DNA of 64,000 bases, from assembly GCA_964483585.1 (NCBI GenBank), contig CAZABH010000002.1, positions 65,380 through 129,379 of the forward strand, given 5' to 3'. The notes below the pieces were generated by a model that was given only the letters and a program-made list of their open reading frames with translations, was not told the origin of the DNA and made no database searches. Positions 9,423 to 19,025 of this stretch are shown in pieces; position 1 is the stretch's first letter; each line of letters starts with the position of its first letter. This stretch comes from an uncultured Flavobacteriaceae bacterium (GTDB lineage Bacteria; Pseudomonadota; Alphaproteobacteria; Micropepsales; Micropepsaceae). A program made the translations under genes and the position numbers.

Positions 9423-10448
9423 TCACTGGAAAGGACGGGTCAGCCTGTTGATCACGTCTGCCATCGTCACGCCATCCGCACGCGCTGCAAAGCTCAGGGC
9501 CATGCGGTGCCGCAGGATGGGTTGGGCGAGAGCCACGACGTCGTCAACCGACGGAGCAAAGCGGCCTTCGATCAAGGCGCGTGCGCGAACAGCCAGCGAG
9601 AAGGCCTGGCTGGCGCGTGGGCCAGGACCCCAAGCGACATGTGCACGGATATCTTCAGCGCCGCCTTCCTCCGGTCGGGCGCTTCTGACCAAGGCGAGAA
9701 TCGCGTCCAGCACTTTCTCACCAACGGGTATGGCGCGCACAAGGCGCTGGAAGAACATCAGTTCCTGCGCGCGAATTACTTCCTTTGCATGGTCGTCGCT
9801 TACGCCGGTGGTCGAGAGGAGTACCTTTTTCTCGGCGTCGAGGTCCGGGTAGCCTATGTTGATCTGCAGCAGAAAGCGGTCGAGTTGGGCTTCCGGAAGG
9901 GGATAAGTGCCTTCCTGCTCCAGAGGGTTCTGCGTGGCGAGCACATGGAACGGGTGGGGCAGGTCATAGCGCATGCCTGCTACTGTCACATGTCGTTCCT
10001 GCATGGCCTGCAGCAAGGCTGACTGTGTGCGCGGGCTGGCGCGGTTGATCTCGTCAGCCATTAGCAGCTGTGCAAAGACGGGGCCGCGAATGAACCTGAA
10101 TCTGCGCTTGCCTGCTTCATCTTCCTCGAGCACCTCCGAGCCCAGGATGTCGGCTGGCATCAGGTCTGGGGTGAACTGGATGCGTTTTGTTGCCATGCCA
10201 AGCACGATACCCAGGGTTTCGACGAGGCGCGTCTTGGCAAGGCCAGGGACACCGATCAGCAGGCCGTGTCCGCCGGCAAGCATGGTAACGAGTGTTTGGT
10301 CAACGGCCTCTCTCTGGCCGAAGATCACATGGCCGATCGCCTCGCGGACGGCTGCAAGCCTTGCGACGGCGTTTTCGACTTCGCGGACGATGGATTCGGA
10401 GCTGTCCAGCGCTGGCAGGTTAGGTGACACGTCTGCGTTTCCGTTCAT
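9423..10448 (-). CDS. MoxR-family AAA+ ATPase
   Basis: 341 aa. Walker A GVPGLAKT, Walker B LLMADEINRASP, and VLATQNPLEQEGTYPLPEAQLDRF, typical of MoxR. Confidence 0.9.
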   Translation of the reverse strand: MNGNADVSPNLPALDSSESIVREVENAVARLAAVREAIGHVIFGQREAVDQTLVTMLAGGHGLLIGVPGLAKTRLVETLGIVLGMATKRIQFTPDLMPADILGSEVLEEDEAGKRRFRFIRGPVFAQLLMADEINRASPRTQSALLQAMQERHVTVAGMRYDLPHPFHVLATQNPLEQEGTYPLPEAQLDRFLLQINIGYPDLDAEKKVLLSTTGVSDDHAKEVIRAQELMFFQRLVRAIPVGEKVLDAILALVRSARPEEGGAEDIRAHVAWGPGPRASQAFSLAVRARALIEGRFAPSVDDVVALAQPILRHRMALSFAARADGVTMADVINRLTRPFQ

Positions 10449-10636
10449 CAGGGCACAGGAACCATGCGAAAGCGCCTAAGCTCGAACACGAGGCGGCGCA
10501 TACGCTTGCATGTGACCTCTTATAACCAATTTGGACCGGGCAACGGAACATTCCATCGCCTTATGTTGAATGCTCGCCTGCTCTTGATGTTAATGTTTGA
10601 CGTCGACCTGCCTTATCGTCGAAACCTTTGCGTACC

Positions 10637-11248
10637 ATGTCAGATTTCAAACACGATCCCTTGCATTGGGGTGCTCCGGCGCCGGATGTGCTGCGTGGCC
10701 TGGCGGAGGTTCAGGCTGAAGCTGCCCGTGGTCGCAAACTGCCGCCGGTCGAACGCTGGAACCCACCCTTTTGCGGTGATCTGGACATCAGGATTGGTGT
10801 TGACGGCACATGGTTCTACCTGGGCTCGCCGATTGGACGGCCCGGCCTCGTCCGGTTGTTTGCATCCATCCTGCGGCGTGACGAGGACGGCAAGTACTAT
10901 CTGGTTACTCCGGTGGAAAGGGTTGGTATCCGGGTTGATGATGCCCCCTTTACGGCCGTGCGGGTGGACTGCCGCGGGGAACGGGAGGCCCGAACCCTCG
11001 AATTCACAACAAATGTCGGGGATATCGTGATTGCCGGTCCCGATCATCCTGTTCGTGTAGAAACCAACCCCCGTGATCTGGCGCCGCGACCTTACATACG
11101 GGTACGTGGTCGGCTGGAGGCTCTCATTTCGCGCGCTGTTTTCTATGAATTGGTGGCGCTGGCAGAGACGCGACCGACGCCCAAAGGGGACATTCTTGGC
11201 GTTTCAAGCCACGGGGCGTTCTTTTCCCTTGGCCAGGTTGAGCCATGA
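10637..11248 (+). CDS. DUF1285 domain protein
   Basis: ORF 10628..11248 (TTG); the ATG at 10637 gives MSDFKHD. WNPPFCGDLDIRIGVDGTWFYLGSPIGRPGLVRLFASIL is the DUF1285 signature region. Confidence 0.7.
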   Translation: MSDFKHDPLHWGAPAPDVLRGLAEVQAEAARGRKLPPVERWNPPFCGDLDIRIGVDGTWFYLGSPIGRPGLVRLFASILRRDEDGKYYLVTPVERVGIRVDDAPFTAVRVDCRGEREARTLEFTTNVGDIVIAGPDHPVRVETNPRDLAPRPYIRVRGRLEALISRAVFYELVALAETRPTPKGDILGVSSHGAFFSLGQVEP

Positions 11249-11856
11249 ATGAAGGCGATCTGCGAACCCTTCTTGCCCAGGTGGCTGCGCGCTCGTCCGT
11301 ACCGCAGGGGCGGGGTGATCATGACCTGAACCCCCATATCACACCTGTTTCAGGCAGGGGCTTGCTCAGGCCCGCGGCGGTGCTGGTGCCGATCATACTC
11401 CGGCAATCCAATCCGCACGTGCTTTTCACAAGGCGTGCTGATCATCTTGCCCGGCATGCGGGACAAGTGAGCTTTCCCGGCGGACGCCTGAACCCGGGCG
11501 CCGAGACTGCCATGGAAGCCGCGCTCCGCGAAACCGAAGAGGAAATTGGTCTCGAACGCCACCATGTCGAGGTTCTTGCTGAGCTCGATGCCTATGAGAC
11601 CGGTACCGGGTTCAGGATCCAGCCCTTCGTCGGCCTGGTGCGGGAGGGTTTCGATCTGAAGGTTGATGCAGAGGAAGTTGCAGAGGTGTTTGAGGTGCCG
11701 CTCGATTTCCTGCTGGACCGGCGCAACCATGAGACGCACGCTGGCGTCTGGCAGGGGATCGAGCGACGCTATTATGCCATCCCCTTCGGGCGTCACTATA
11801 TTTGGGGCGCGACGGCCGGTATAGTTGTGAACATGCATGATTGCCTGCGGCGCTAG
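11245..11856 (+). CDS. nudL: CoA pyrophosphatase (NUDIX hydrolase, NudL-like)
   Basis: Nudix box GGRLNPGAETAMEAALRETEEEIGL, preceded by LLFTRRADHLARHAGQVSFPGG, as in CoA-specific Nudix enzymes. ATGA overlap with the DUF1285 gene. Confidence 0.75.
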   Translation: MNEGDLRTLLAQVAARSSVPQGRGDHDLNPHITPVSGRGLLRPAAVLVPIILRQSNPHVLFTRRADHLARHAGQVSFPGGRLNPGAETAMEAALRETEEEIGLERHHVEVLAELDAYETGTGFRIQPFVGLVREGFDLKVDAEEVAEVFEVPLDFLLDRRNHETHAGVWQGIERRYYAIPFGRHYIWGATAGIVVNMHDCLRR

Positions 11857-11859
11857 CCC

Positions 11860-13101
11860 ATGACCATCCAGACATCGATCGCAGGGCAGGCCTGGTTTGC
11901 CACCTCGGAGGTGAGGGCCCTCATGGACGCGCTGGGAACAGCCCGGTTCGTCGGCGGGTGCGTTCGCAATGGGCTGCTTGGTCTTCCGGTTGATGACATC
12001 GACATCGCAACTCCGCTGACACCCGATGCCGTTGCTGCCGTCGTGCAGGCGCGCGGGATGAAGGCCATCGACACGGGTGCCGAGCACGGCACTGTCACTG
12101 TGGTCGTGAATGGACACCCGTTCGAGGTGACGACGCTCCGCCGGGATGTCTCGACGGATGGACGTCGGGCAACAGTTGCCTTCACGACCGCATGGGAGGA
12201 GGACGCTGCCCGACGAGACTTCACGATGAATGCCCTCTATGCCGATATGGATGGGCGTGTGCATGACTATCATCATGGGCTTGAAGATCTGCGTGCAGGG
12301 ATCGTTCGCTTCATCGGAGATGCCGATACAAGGATTGCGGAGGACCATCTCAGGATCCTGCGCCTGTTTCGCATTCACGCGTGGTATGGCCGGGGAGAGA
12401 TCGATCCCGTGGCGCTTGTTGCGTGCCGCGCCGGGCGTGGACGTATCCGTACTCTTTCCGGCGAACGGATCCAGAAGGAGATCTTCAAGCTCTTGCGGGG
12501 GCGCAGTCCCGTGCATGCTGTTCGCTCCATGCGAGACATTCATGTCCTCGAGGAGGTCATCCCGGGCGCGGTCGATATTGATGCGCTGTCCCGGCTCTGC
12601 GAGAATGATGCTATCAATCACTTCAGTGCAGATCCGATCATGCGCCTTCGAGCGATGATCGCGGACGTGGACGTCGCACGCGGGATCTGTTCCCGGTGGC
12701 GCCTGTCCAATCACGACAAGGCCCGGTTTCTGGCAAGTTTCAGGGCGGATGCTTCGTTGCGGTTTCCGGTTGATGACGGTGCCTTGGGGCCCGTCCTTTA
12801 TCGACATGGTGTGGAGATGATCGACGTATTGGTTCGCCTTGCGTGGGCGCGTTCGCAGGACCCGGTTAATGACGTGGGCTGGCTTGACCTGATACGCCGG
12901 ATCCGTGCGTGGCAGCGACCGGAGTTGCCTGTTGATGGTGCTGATGTCCTGAGGGCAGGCATTCCCGAGGGACCCATGGTGGGCAGGGTGCTCGAAGACG
13001 TCGAGGCGTGGTGGATTGCTTGCGGTTTTCCATCAGATCGACAGCTTGTACATCAGCGCCTGCAGGCCGCGGTGGTGCGCCATATGCCGTCGCGCACCTG
13101 A
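11860..13101 (+). CDS. cca: CCA tRNA nucleotidyltransferase (poly(A) polymerase family)
   Basis: 413 aa. N-terminal GGCVRNGLLGLPVDDIDIAT (G-G-x-VRD-x-LLG-x5-D-D) and RRDFTMNALY motifs. Confidence 0.8.
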   Translation: MTIQTSIAGQAWFATSEVRALMDALGTARFVGGCVRNGLLGLPVDDIDIATPLTPDAVAAVVQARGMKAIDTGAEHGTVTVVVNGHPFEVTTLRRDVSTDGRRATVAFTTAWEEDAARRDFTMNALYADMDGRVHDYHHGLEDLRAGIVRFIGDADTRIAEDHLRILRLFRIHAWYGRGEIDPVALVACRAGRGRIRTLSGERIQKEIFKLLRGRSPVHAVRSMRDIHVLEEVIPGAVDIDALSRLCENDAINHFSADPIMRLRAMIADVDVARGICSRWRLSNHDKARFLASFRADASLRFPVDDGALGPVLYRHGVEMIDVLVRLAWARSQDPVNDVGWLDLIRRIRAWQRPELPVDGADVLRAGIPEGPMVGRVLEDVEAWWIACGFPSDRQLVHQRLQAAVVRHMPSRT

Positions 13102-13123
13102 AACAAATCCGTTTGGAGTTCGA

Positions 13124-13981
13124 ATGGCCAAGATTGAACTTATCGATGCACTCAGCATTCCCGGCTCGCCGGAGCGAGAGAACGATGATGCCATGGGCCA
13201 TAACGCTTTCATTGGATTTGTCCTGGACGGGGTGACGAGCCTTTCCGATACGCCCTTGCTGCCTGGACGAAGTGATGCGGCCTGGGTTGCAAGGCTTGCG
13301 CGGGAGCTCTTGCTGCGCGCGCCCGCCAGCCAGGCAGGCGATTTGCGTGGGCTGGTGCGTGACGTTGCCGAGGGCATAACGGCTGCTTTCGAGGCCCAGC
13401 GTGCCCGCCCGCCCTCAGGCCGGCACGAGCTTCCCTGGACCACGCTCAGCCTTGTTTCGGTCGAGCCTGGTCGGCTGAACATGGCCTATGTGGGCGACAG
13501 TCGCATCCTCATCGAGACTTATGACGACCGTGTTCACAACGTCGGAACCACTCCGTCGCGCGGTGCATTCGAGGCGCGGCTTGCCCAGAAGATGCTGTCG
13601 CAGGGAAAGGGCATTGGTGTGGACGCCCTGAGGCAGACGGTTGCGCATGAGTTGCGGCAGGCGCGCGAGATCGTCAATACGCCTCATGGCTACTGGCTGC
13701 TGGGTGCCGATGTGCAGGTTGCCGACCATCTTGCACTCACAAGTCTGGCGCTGGATGGACCGGCGATCGCGTTGCTTGCCACGGATGGCTTCTATGCCCT
13801 GGTCGAGGACTACAAGGTCTTCGACGACCGTGATTTGCTGGCGACGGCGCAGACGATCGGGCTCGCGGCCCTGGCTAACCAGCTTCGGCGCATTGAGGAC
13901 GAGGATCCCCTGGGTCAACGATTTGCACGCATGAAGAAGAGCGATGACGCCACAGCGTTGCTGGTTCGCATCGAACCCTAG
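13124..13981 (+). CDS. PP2C-like protein phosphatase domain protein
   Basis: ORF 13016..13981. ATG at 13124 follows GGAG. Acidic metal-site segments NDDAMG, VLDGVTS and LLATDGFYALVE fit the PP2C_2-type fold. Confidence 0.5.
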   Translation: MAKIELIDALSIPGSPERENDDAMGHNAFIGFVLDGVTSLSDTPLLPGRSDAAWVARLARELLLRAPASQAGDLRGLVRDVAEGITAAFEAQRARPPSGRHELPWTTLSLVSVEPGRLNMAYVGDSRILIETYDDRVHNVGTTPSRGAFEARLAQKMLSQGKGIGVDALRQTVAHELRQAREIVNTPHGYWLLGADVQVADHLALTSLALDGPAIALLATDGFYALVEDYKVFDDRDLLATAQTIGLAALANQLRRIEDEDPLGQRFARMKKSDDATALLVRIEP

Positions 13982-14580
13982 CGCGTGCGGAGCCGGCGCA
14001 GCGTGCCTTTCACCGAGCGGACCAGTTTCCCGTCGGTCACATTCGTGAACTCCAGCCGCATGTCCGCGCCGGTCAGGCGACGGCGATAGGTGTGGAGTTC
14101 CGGCTTGCCGCTTGCATTGATGGCGAAGCTTGAAATGACCAGTCCGCTGCCGTCCAGTCTGGCCCAATACAAGGTACCGCCGCTGTAAGGGTCGACATCA
14201 GCCTTGGACTTCCAGGTGTTGGGCGTGGGGGCAGGCACGAACTCCACCGTGGTCGACTTCATGACTTCCAGAGGTGCGCTTGGGTTGCCCTTCTGGCGCT
14301 GCAGGGTTGACCAACTTACGAGAAATCCGCCGATGTCAGATGCCGCGAGGGTGACGGCGATATCGCGAGAAGAGGTCGGGAAGTCTTCGTCGGTCTCGCT
14401 CGTAGCTGTTGCCTTGCCTTGCCAGTCGCCGAAATAAACATCGATGGACAGGTCCTTCGTTGCGGCCGGTGGTTGGGCTGCAGCTGTTGATGGCTGCAAG
14501 GCCAAGGGGATCAAAAAGGGCGCCAAGAGCAAGGCTGCGAATAGGGGCGTGGTCGACACCGCCCAACGGATCATCTGCAT
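13978..14580 (-). CDS. Secreted hypothetical protein
   Basis: 200 aa. Signal peptide MQMIRWAVSTTPLFAALLLAPFLIPLALQPSTAAA-QP. I recognise no family. Confidence 0.45.
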   Translation of the reverse strand: MQMIRWAVSTTPLFAALLLAPFLIPLALQPSTAAAQPPAATKDLSIDVYFGDWQGKATATSETDEDFPTSSRDIAVTLAASDIGGFLVSWSTLQRQKGNPSAPLEVMKSTTVEFVPAPTPNTWKSKADVDPYSGGTLYWARLDGSGLVISSFAINASGKPELHTYRRRLTGADMRLEFTNVTDGKLVRSVKGTLRRLRTR

Positions 14581-14636
14581 TCGTCACCTCTGATCAACGC
14601 GCGATGTCCCAGCGATAGTGACTTGGGACGCTGGGA

Positions 14637-15506
14637 TCAAGGCCAACGTACTTCCGGTGGCATTGACATCAGGATTGCTTCCACATTGCCGCCTGTCTTG
14701 AGGCCGAACTGGGTGCCGCGATCATGGAGCAGGTTGAACTCCACGTATCGTCCGCGCCGAACCAGCTGGTGTTCGCGGTCCTCGGTCGTCCACGGGCGGT
14801 TCATGTGTCGACGCACGAGTTGAGGATAAACCCCGAGGAATGCCAGTCCGACGTCGCGCGTGAATGCGAAATCGGCTTCCCAATCCGCGTTATCAAGATT
14901 GTCATAGAAGATGCCGCCTGCGCCTCGGGGTTCGTTGCGGTGAGGGAGAAAGAAGTATTCGTCGCACCAGGACTTGAAGTCTCTATAATACGACGGGTTG
15001 TGACGATCGCATGCTGCGCGCAGTGCAGCGTGGAAGTCCTGCGCGTCCTGCTCGTCGTGTTTCATCGGCGTCAGGTCGGCACCGCCACCGAACCACGACC
15101 TGGTCGTGATGATGTGACGCGTGTTCATATGAACCGCCGGCACATGCGGGCTCTGCATGTGGGCGACCAAAGAAATGCCCGAGGCCCAGAAGCGTGGGTC
15201 CTCGCTCGCGCCGGGGATATTCTGGGCAAATTCCTTCGAGAAGGTCCCATAGACCGTCGATATGTTGACGCCCACTTTCTCGAAGACCCGACCTCGCATG
15301 ATCGACATGGTGCCGCCGCCGGCATCCGCATCCGGGCCAGAGGCGCGAGACCAGGTCTTTCGTTCAAAGCGGCCTGGCGGTCGATCTGACAGCTGTCCGT
15401 CGTGTTCGTCCTCGAGTTTCTCGAAAGCCTGGCAGATGCGATCGCGCAGCTCTTCAAACCATTTTGCCGCCCTGTGCTTGCGGTCGGTCATGATGTCCAT
15501 ATTCAT
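14637..15506 (-). CDS. hemF: Oxygen-dependent coproporphyrinogen III oxidase
   Basis: 289 aa with HemF-typical blocks [31 protein letters not shown] and [19 protein letters not shown]. Confidence 0.9.
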   Translation of the reverse strand: MNMDIMTDRKHRAAKWFEELRDRICQAFEKLEDEHDGQLSDRPPGRFERKTWSRASGPDADAGGGTMSIMRGRVFEKVGVNISTVYGTFSKEFAQNIPGASEDPRFWASGISLVAHMQSPHVPAVHMNTRHIITTRSWFGGGADLTPMKHDEQDAQDFHAALRAACDRHNPSYYRDFKSWCDEYFFLPHRNEPRGAGGIFYDNLDNADWEADFAFTRDVGLAFLGVYPQLVRRHMNRPWTTEDREHQLVRRGRYVEFNLLHDRGTQFGLKTGGNVEAILMSMPPEVRWP

Positions 15507-15970
15507 TGTCCGGCTCTCTCGTTGCGTATCGTCCAGCGTGTCTGGCGCAGCATTTCACCAAGTATCATCGCGGCTGCGAGCGCCACATTCAGCGAGCGCA
15601 TCTGCGGTTCCATAGCTATAGCAACCGCACCATCGGTTGCAGAGGCGACTTCCGGCGGGACGCCGGCGGTCTCGCTGCCGAGTAGAAGGGTGTCATCCTG
15701 ACGGTAATGCCAATCCGTGTAGAGGTTCGTCGCGCGGGTGGAAGCCAGAATGATTCGGCCAGGTGCCGACGGTCTGAAAGCATCCCAACTGGCATGGCGG
15801 GTCACAGTCGCCTTCGGCAGGTAGTCCATACCCGCCCTACGCATTGCCGCATCACCGAATGGGAAGCCGCAGGGCTCTATGATTTCGACAGCCACACCCA
15901 TGCAGGCTCCAAGGCGGATGATGGTTCCCGTGTTGGCCGCAATGTCCGGTTGGTAGAGCGCGATACGCAT
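15503..15970 (-). CDS. trmL: tRNA (cytidine/uridine-34 2'-O)-methyltransferase TrmL
   Basis: ORF 15503..15976 starts at TTG; the ATG at 15970 gives [19 protein letters not shown], the family-typical N-terminus. SpoU blocks [11 protein letters not shown] and [17 protein letters not shown] overlap with hemF. Confidence 0.85.
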   Translation of the reverse strand: MRIALYQPDIAANTGTIIRLGACMGVAVEIIEPCGFPFGDAAMRRAGMDYLPKATVTRHASWDAFRPSAPGRIILASTRATNLYTDWHYRQDDTLLLGSETAGVPPEVASATDGAVAIAMEPQMRSLNVALAAAMILGEMLRQTRWTIRNERAGQ

Positions 15971-15983
15971 TGACAAGGATCAA
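15970..15983. promoter_or_regulatory. FNR/FixK-type box TTGAC-AAGG-ATCAA
   Basis: 9 of 10 match to TTGAT-N4-ATCAA (TTGA-N6-TCAA core perfect). It abuts the trmL start in the trmL-hemF / petABC divergent region. Confidence 0.4.
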
Positions 15984-16198
15984 GTCCCCCTTCGGAAATC
16001 CCGGTACAGATGTGAGTGATCTGGCACGGTCTGAGAAATCCGCCATTTATGCGGCATCGTGACGCAAGACCGTCGTCGCCCGACTCCCATATTTTCGCAG
16101 CGTCGACAACGGACCGGACTTGCCAGTTCGGGGTTGTCATCCTATCGCTTCCGCCCACCTATTCTCTGAAATTCCCCGCGCGAAAGGGAGCTACACAC

Positions 16199-16759
16199 TT
16201 GGCGCACGCGTCCGACAAATCCCACGTAACACGTCGGGACTTCATCATCGTATCTTCCCAAGTCGCGCTCGCGGTCGGCGGCGCTGCTACCCTGTGGCCA
16301 TTCATCGACCAGATGAACCCTGCGGCGGACATGCTGGCCCTGAAGGAGGTTGAGTTCGACCTTTCGGCCGTGCAGCCCGGTCAAACCGTGACCACCGAGT
16401 GGCAAAAGAAGCCTGTCTTCATTCGCAGGCGAACGCCCGAGGAGATCAAGGCTGCCGAAGACGCGCAGCTGACAGATCTGCCAGATCCGCAGGCGGACAA
16501 GGACCGCGTGCAGAAGCCTGAGTGGCTGATCCTTGTCGCCACCTGCACGCATCTGGGATGTATCCCATCGAATCTTTTCAAGGGTGAGTATGGTGGCTGG
16601 CTGTGTCCTTGCCACGGCTCGCACTACGATACGTCTGGCCGTATTCGCAAGGGGCCTGCGCCGCGCAATCTTGATGTGCCGCCCTACCAGTTCGTGTCTG
16701 ATACCAAGGTCCTCATCGGCGCGGCGCCCTCGGCGTCGGCTCCGGCTGCCAAAGGATAA
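16199..16759 (+). CDS. petA: Ubiquinol-cytochrome c reductase iron-sulfur (Rieske) subunit
   Basis: Rieske boxes CTHLGC and CPCHGSHYD, and a Tat-like RRDF N-terminus. Listed ORF 16016..16759. I chose the in-frame TTG at 16199, preceded by AAAGGGAG, giving about 186 aa. Confidence 0.9.
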   Translation: MAHASDKSHVTRRDFIIVSSQVALAVGGAATLWPFIDQMNPAADMLALKEVEFDLSAVQPGQTVTTEWQKKPVFIRRRTPEEIKAAEDAQLTDLPDPQADKDRVQKPEWLILVATCTHLGCIPSNLFKGEYGGWLCPCHGSHYDTSGRIRKGPAPRNLDVPPYQFVSDTKVLIGAAPSASAPAAKG

Positions 16760-16770
16760 GAGACCAAGCC

Positions 16771-18075
16771 ATGGCCCACGGCAATTATCGCTACGAACCC
16801 AAGTCCGGCTTCACCAAGTGGCTCGACTCCCGGCTCCCGATCATCCGTCTGGTGGATGAATCGGTTCTCAAGTTTCCGACGCCGAAGAACCTGAACTTCT
16901 GGTTCACATTCGGCGGTATCCTGACGTTCATGCTGGCTGTGCAGATCGTGTCCGGCATCGTGCTTGCCATGCACTATGTTCCTCACGAAACCATGGCATT
17001 CGACAGCGTTGAGCGCATCATGCGCGACGTGAACTACGGGTGGCTGATCCGCTATATCCACTCCAACGGCGCCTCGATGTTCTTCATTGCCGTCTATATC
17101 CACATCTTCCGTGGCCTGTACTACGGCTCATACAAGGCGCCGCGCGAGGTCCTATGGCTGCTGGGCATCGTGATTTACCTGCTCATGATGGCCACGGGCT
17201 TCCTTGGATATACACTGCCGTGGGGCCAGATGTCGTTCTGGGGCGCGACCGTCATCACGAACTTCTTCAGCTCGATCGACCAGATCCTCCCCGGCGTTGG
17301 ATCGGCCATCACGCAGTGGCTCTGGGGTTCGTTTGCGGTCGACAACACGACGCTGCAGCGCTTCTTCTCGCTGCACTATCTATTGCCATTTGTGATCGCA
17401 GGTGTGGTGGTGCTTCACATCTGGGCGCTTCACGTGCCCGGCAACAACAATCCGCTTGGGATTGATGTAAAAAGTGCAGCCGACACTGTTCCATTTCACC
17501 CTTACTACACGATCAAAGACCTGTTCGCCCTTGTCCTGTTCGTGCTGTTCTTCTCGTATTTCGTGTTTTTCTATCCGAACTTTCTCGGTCACGCGGACAA
17601 TTACATCCCCGCTGATCGCTTGGTGACGCCGCCGCACATCGTGCCTGAGTGGTATTATCTGCCCTTCTACGCGATCCTGCGTTCTGTTCCCGATCAGTTG
17701 CTTGGCGTGGTGCTGATGTTCGGTGCCATCGTGATCTGGGCTTTTCTGCCCTGGCTGGATCGCAGCCATGTGCGGTCCAATAATTTCCGCCCCCTTAACC
17801 GCCAGTTCTATTTCATCCTGGCCGGTGTCATCTGGATCCTGGGAATGCTTGGTGCGCAGACGCCGGATGGCAATTTCGAGTTCTACTTCGGCATCGAGGT
17901 GCCCATCTCGAAGCTGCTGCTGACGCAGATCTGCACCATCTGGTACTTCGCGCACTTCCTCGTGATCACGCCCATCGTGAGCACCATGGAAAAGCCGCTT
18001 CCGGTGCCAGAAAGCATTGCCACGGCAGTGCTTGCCAAGGGTGCTGATGCTTCTGTGGCCAAGGCGAACGGGTAA
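16771..18075 (+). CDS. petB: Cytochrome b
   Basis: 434 aa polytopic protein. Haem-ligand regions [12 protein letters not shown] and [10 protein letters not shown], plus the [13 protein letters not shown] motif. Confidence 0.95.
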   Translation: MAHGNYRYEPKSGFTKWLDSRLPIIRLVDESVLKFPTPKNLNFWFTFGGILTFMLAVQIVSGIVLAMHYVPHETMAFDSVERIMRDVNYGWLIRYIHSNGASMFFIAVYIHIFRGLYYGSYKAPREVLWLLGIVIYLLMMATGFLGYTLPWGQMSFWGATVITNFFSSIDQILPGVGSAITQWLWGSFAVDNTTLQRFFSLHYLLPFVIAGVVVLHIWALHVPGNNNPLGIDVKSAADTVPFHPYYTIKDLFALVLFVLFFSYFVFFYPNFLGHADNYIPADRLVTPPHIVPEWYYLPFYAILRSVPDQLLGVVLMFGAIVIWAFLPWLDRSHVRSNNFRPLNRQFYFILAGVIWILGMLGAQTPDGNFEFYFGIEVPISKLLLTQICTIWYFAHFLVITPIVSTMEKPLPVPESIATAVLAKGADASVAKANG

Positions 18076-18085
18076 GGTGACAGCC

Positions 18086-18883
18086 ATGAGAGTTCTTGCA
18101 ATCGCGTCGCTTCTTGCCCTCGTCATCTCCTCCACGGCTCATGCCGCGGGTGGGGGAGATACCGCCCGCAAGCATCCAGAGCCGCAGTCGTGGTCGTTTG
18201 CCGGCCCTTTTGGAACCTTCGATCGCCAGCAACTGCAGCGAGGCTATCAGGTCTACAAAGAGGTCTGCGCTGCCTGCCATGGCATGAAGCTGCTCTCGTT
18301 CCGAAATCTTGCGCAGCCAGGTGGTCCGGAGTTCTCGGAGGCGCAGGCCAAGGCACTGGCAGCTGGCGTGCAGGTCGCGACGCTGGATGACGTTGGCGAG
18401 CCGACGGAACGTCCGGGTACGCTTGCCGATCGGTTCCCTTCGCCGTATCCCAATGACAGGGCTGCGAGGGCTGCAAATAACAACGCGATGCCGCCTGACC
18501 TTTCGGTCATTGCAAAGGCGCGTGCTCACGGCATCGAAGGTGAGGGGCCGGATTATCTCTACTGGCTGATGGTTGGTTACTCAGACCCGCCTGAGGGCAA
18601 GACCGTTCTCGAGGGGCTTTATTACAATCCCTATTTCGAAGGACACCAGATTGCGATGCCGCCTCCGCTTGCTTCGGATGGGCAGGTGACATGGCCGGAG
18701 GGCAATCCGCCCGCCACGAAGTCTCAAATGGCCAAGGATGTCGTTGCCTTCATGACGTGGGCTGCGGACCCGCACATGGAAGCGCGCAAGTCCTTGGGGG
18801 TGAAGGTCTTCATCTTCCTGATCTTCCTGTCTGTGCTGCTGTACTTTGCTTACAAGCGGCAGTGGAAAGACGTCGATCATTGA
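18086..18883 (+). CDS. petC: Cytochrome c1
   Basis: ORF 18017..18883. ATG at 18086 gives the signal peptide MRVLAIASLLALVISSTAHA. Haem motif CAACHG. C-terminal TM anchor VFIFLIFLSVLLYFAY. Confidence 0.9.
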   Translation: MRVLAIASLLALVISSTAHAAGGGDTARKHPEPQSWSFAGPFGTFDRQQLQRGYQVYKEVCAACHGMKLLSFRNLAQPGGPEFSEAQAKALAAGVQVATLDDVGEPTERPGTLADRFPSPYPNDRAARAANNNAMPPDLSVIAKARAHGIEGEGPDYLYWLMVGYSDPPEGKTVLEGLYYNPYFEGHQIAMPPPLASDGQVTWPEGNPPATKSQMAKDVVAFMTWAADPHMEARKSLGVKVFIFLIFLSVLLYFAYKRQWKDVDH

Positions 18884-18915
18884 TTTGCGTACACTGCGGT
18901 GCCCGCTTTCATCGA

Positions 18916-18946
18916 GGGACCGGCGCTGGCCGGTCCCTTTTTCCTT
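18916..18946 (+). terminator. Rho-independent terminator after petC
   Basis: GGGACCGG-cgctgg-CCGGTCCC followed by TTTTTCCTTT. Confidence 0.6.
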
Positions 18947-19025
18947 TGTGACCGGGCACGTGAAATCCGTTGCGTGAGGGGGCGCAGATGCTACAAACGC
19001 GCCGCAATCGGGTCGGGTGAATCTC

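Noticed and set aside
8409-10022. 537-aa plus-strand ORF
   Set aside because: It is antisense to the DUF58 and MoxR genes, which carry unambiguous family motifs. It is a shadow ORF.
11350-12807. 485-aa minus-strand ORF
   Set aside because: It is antisense to the Nudix and cca genes. It has no motifs and is R/P/G-rich. It is a shadow ORF.
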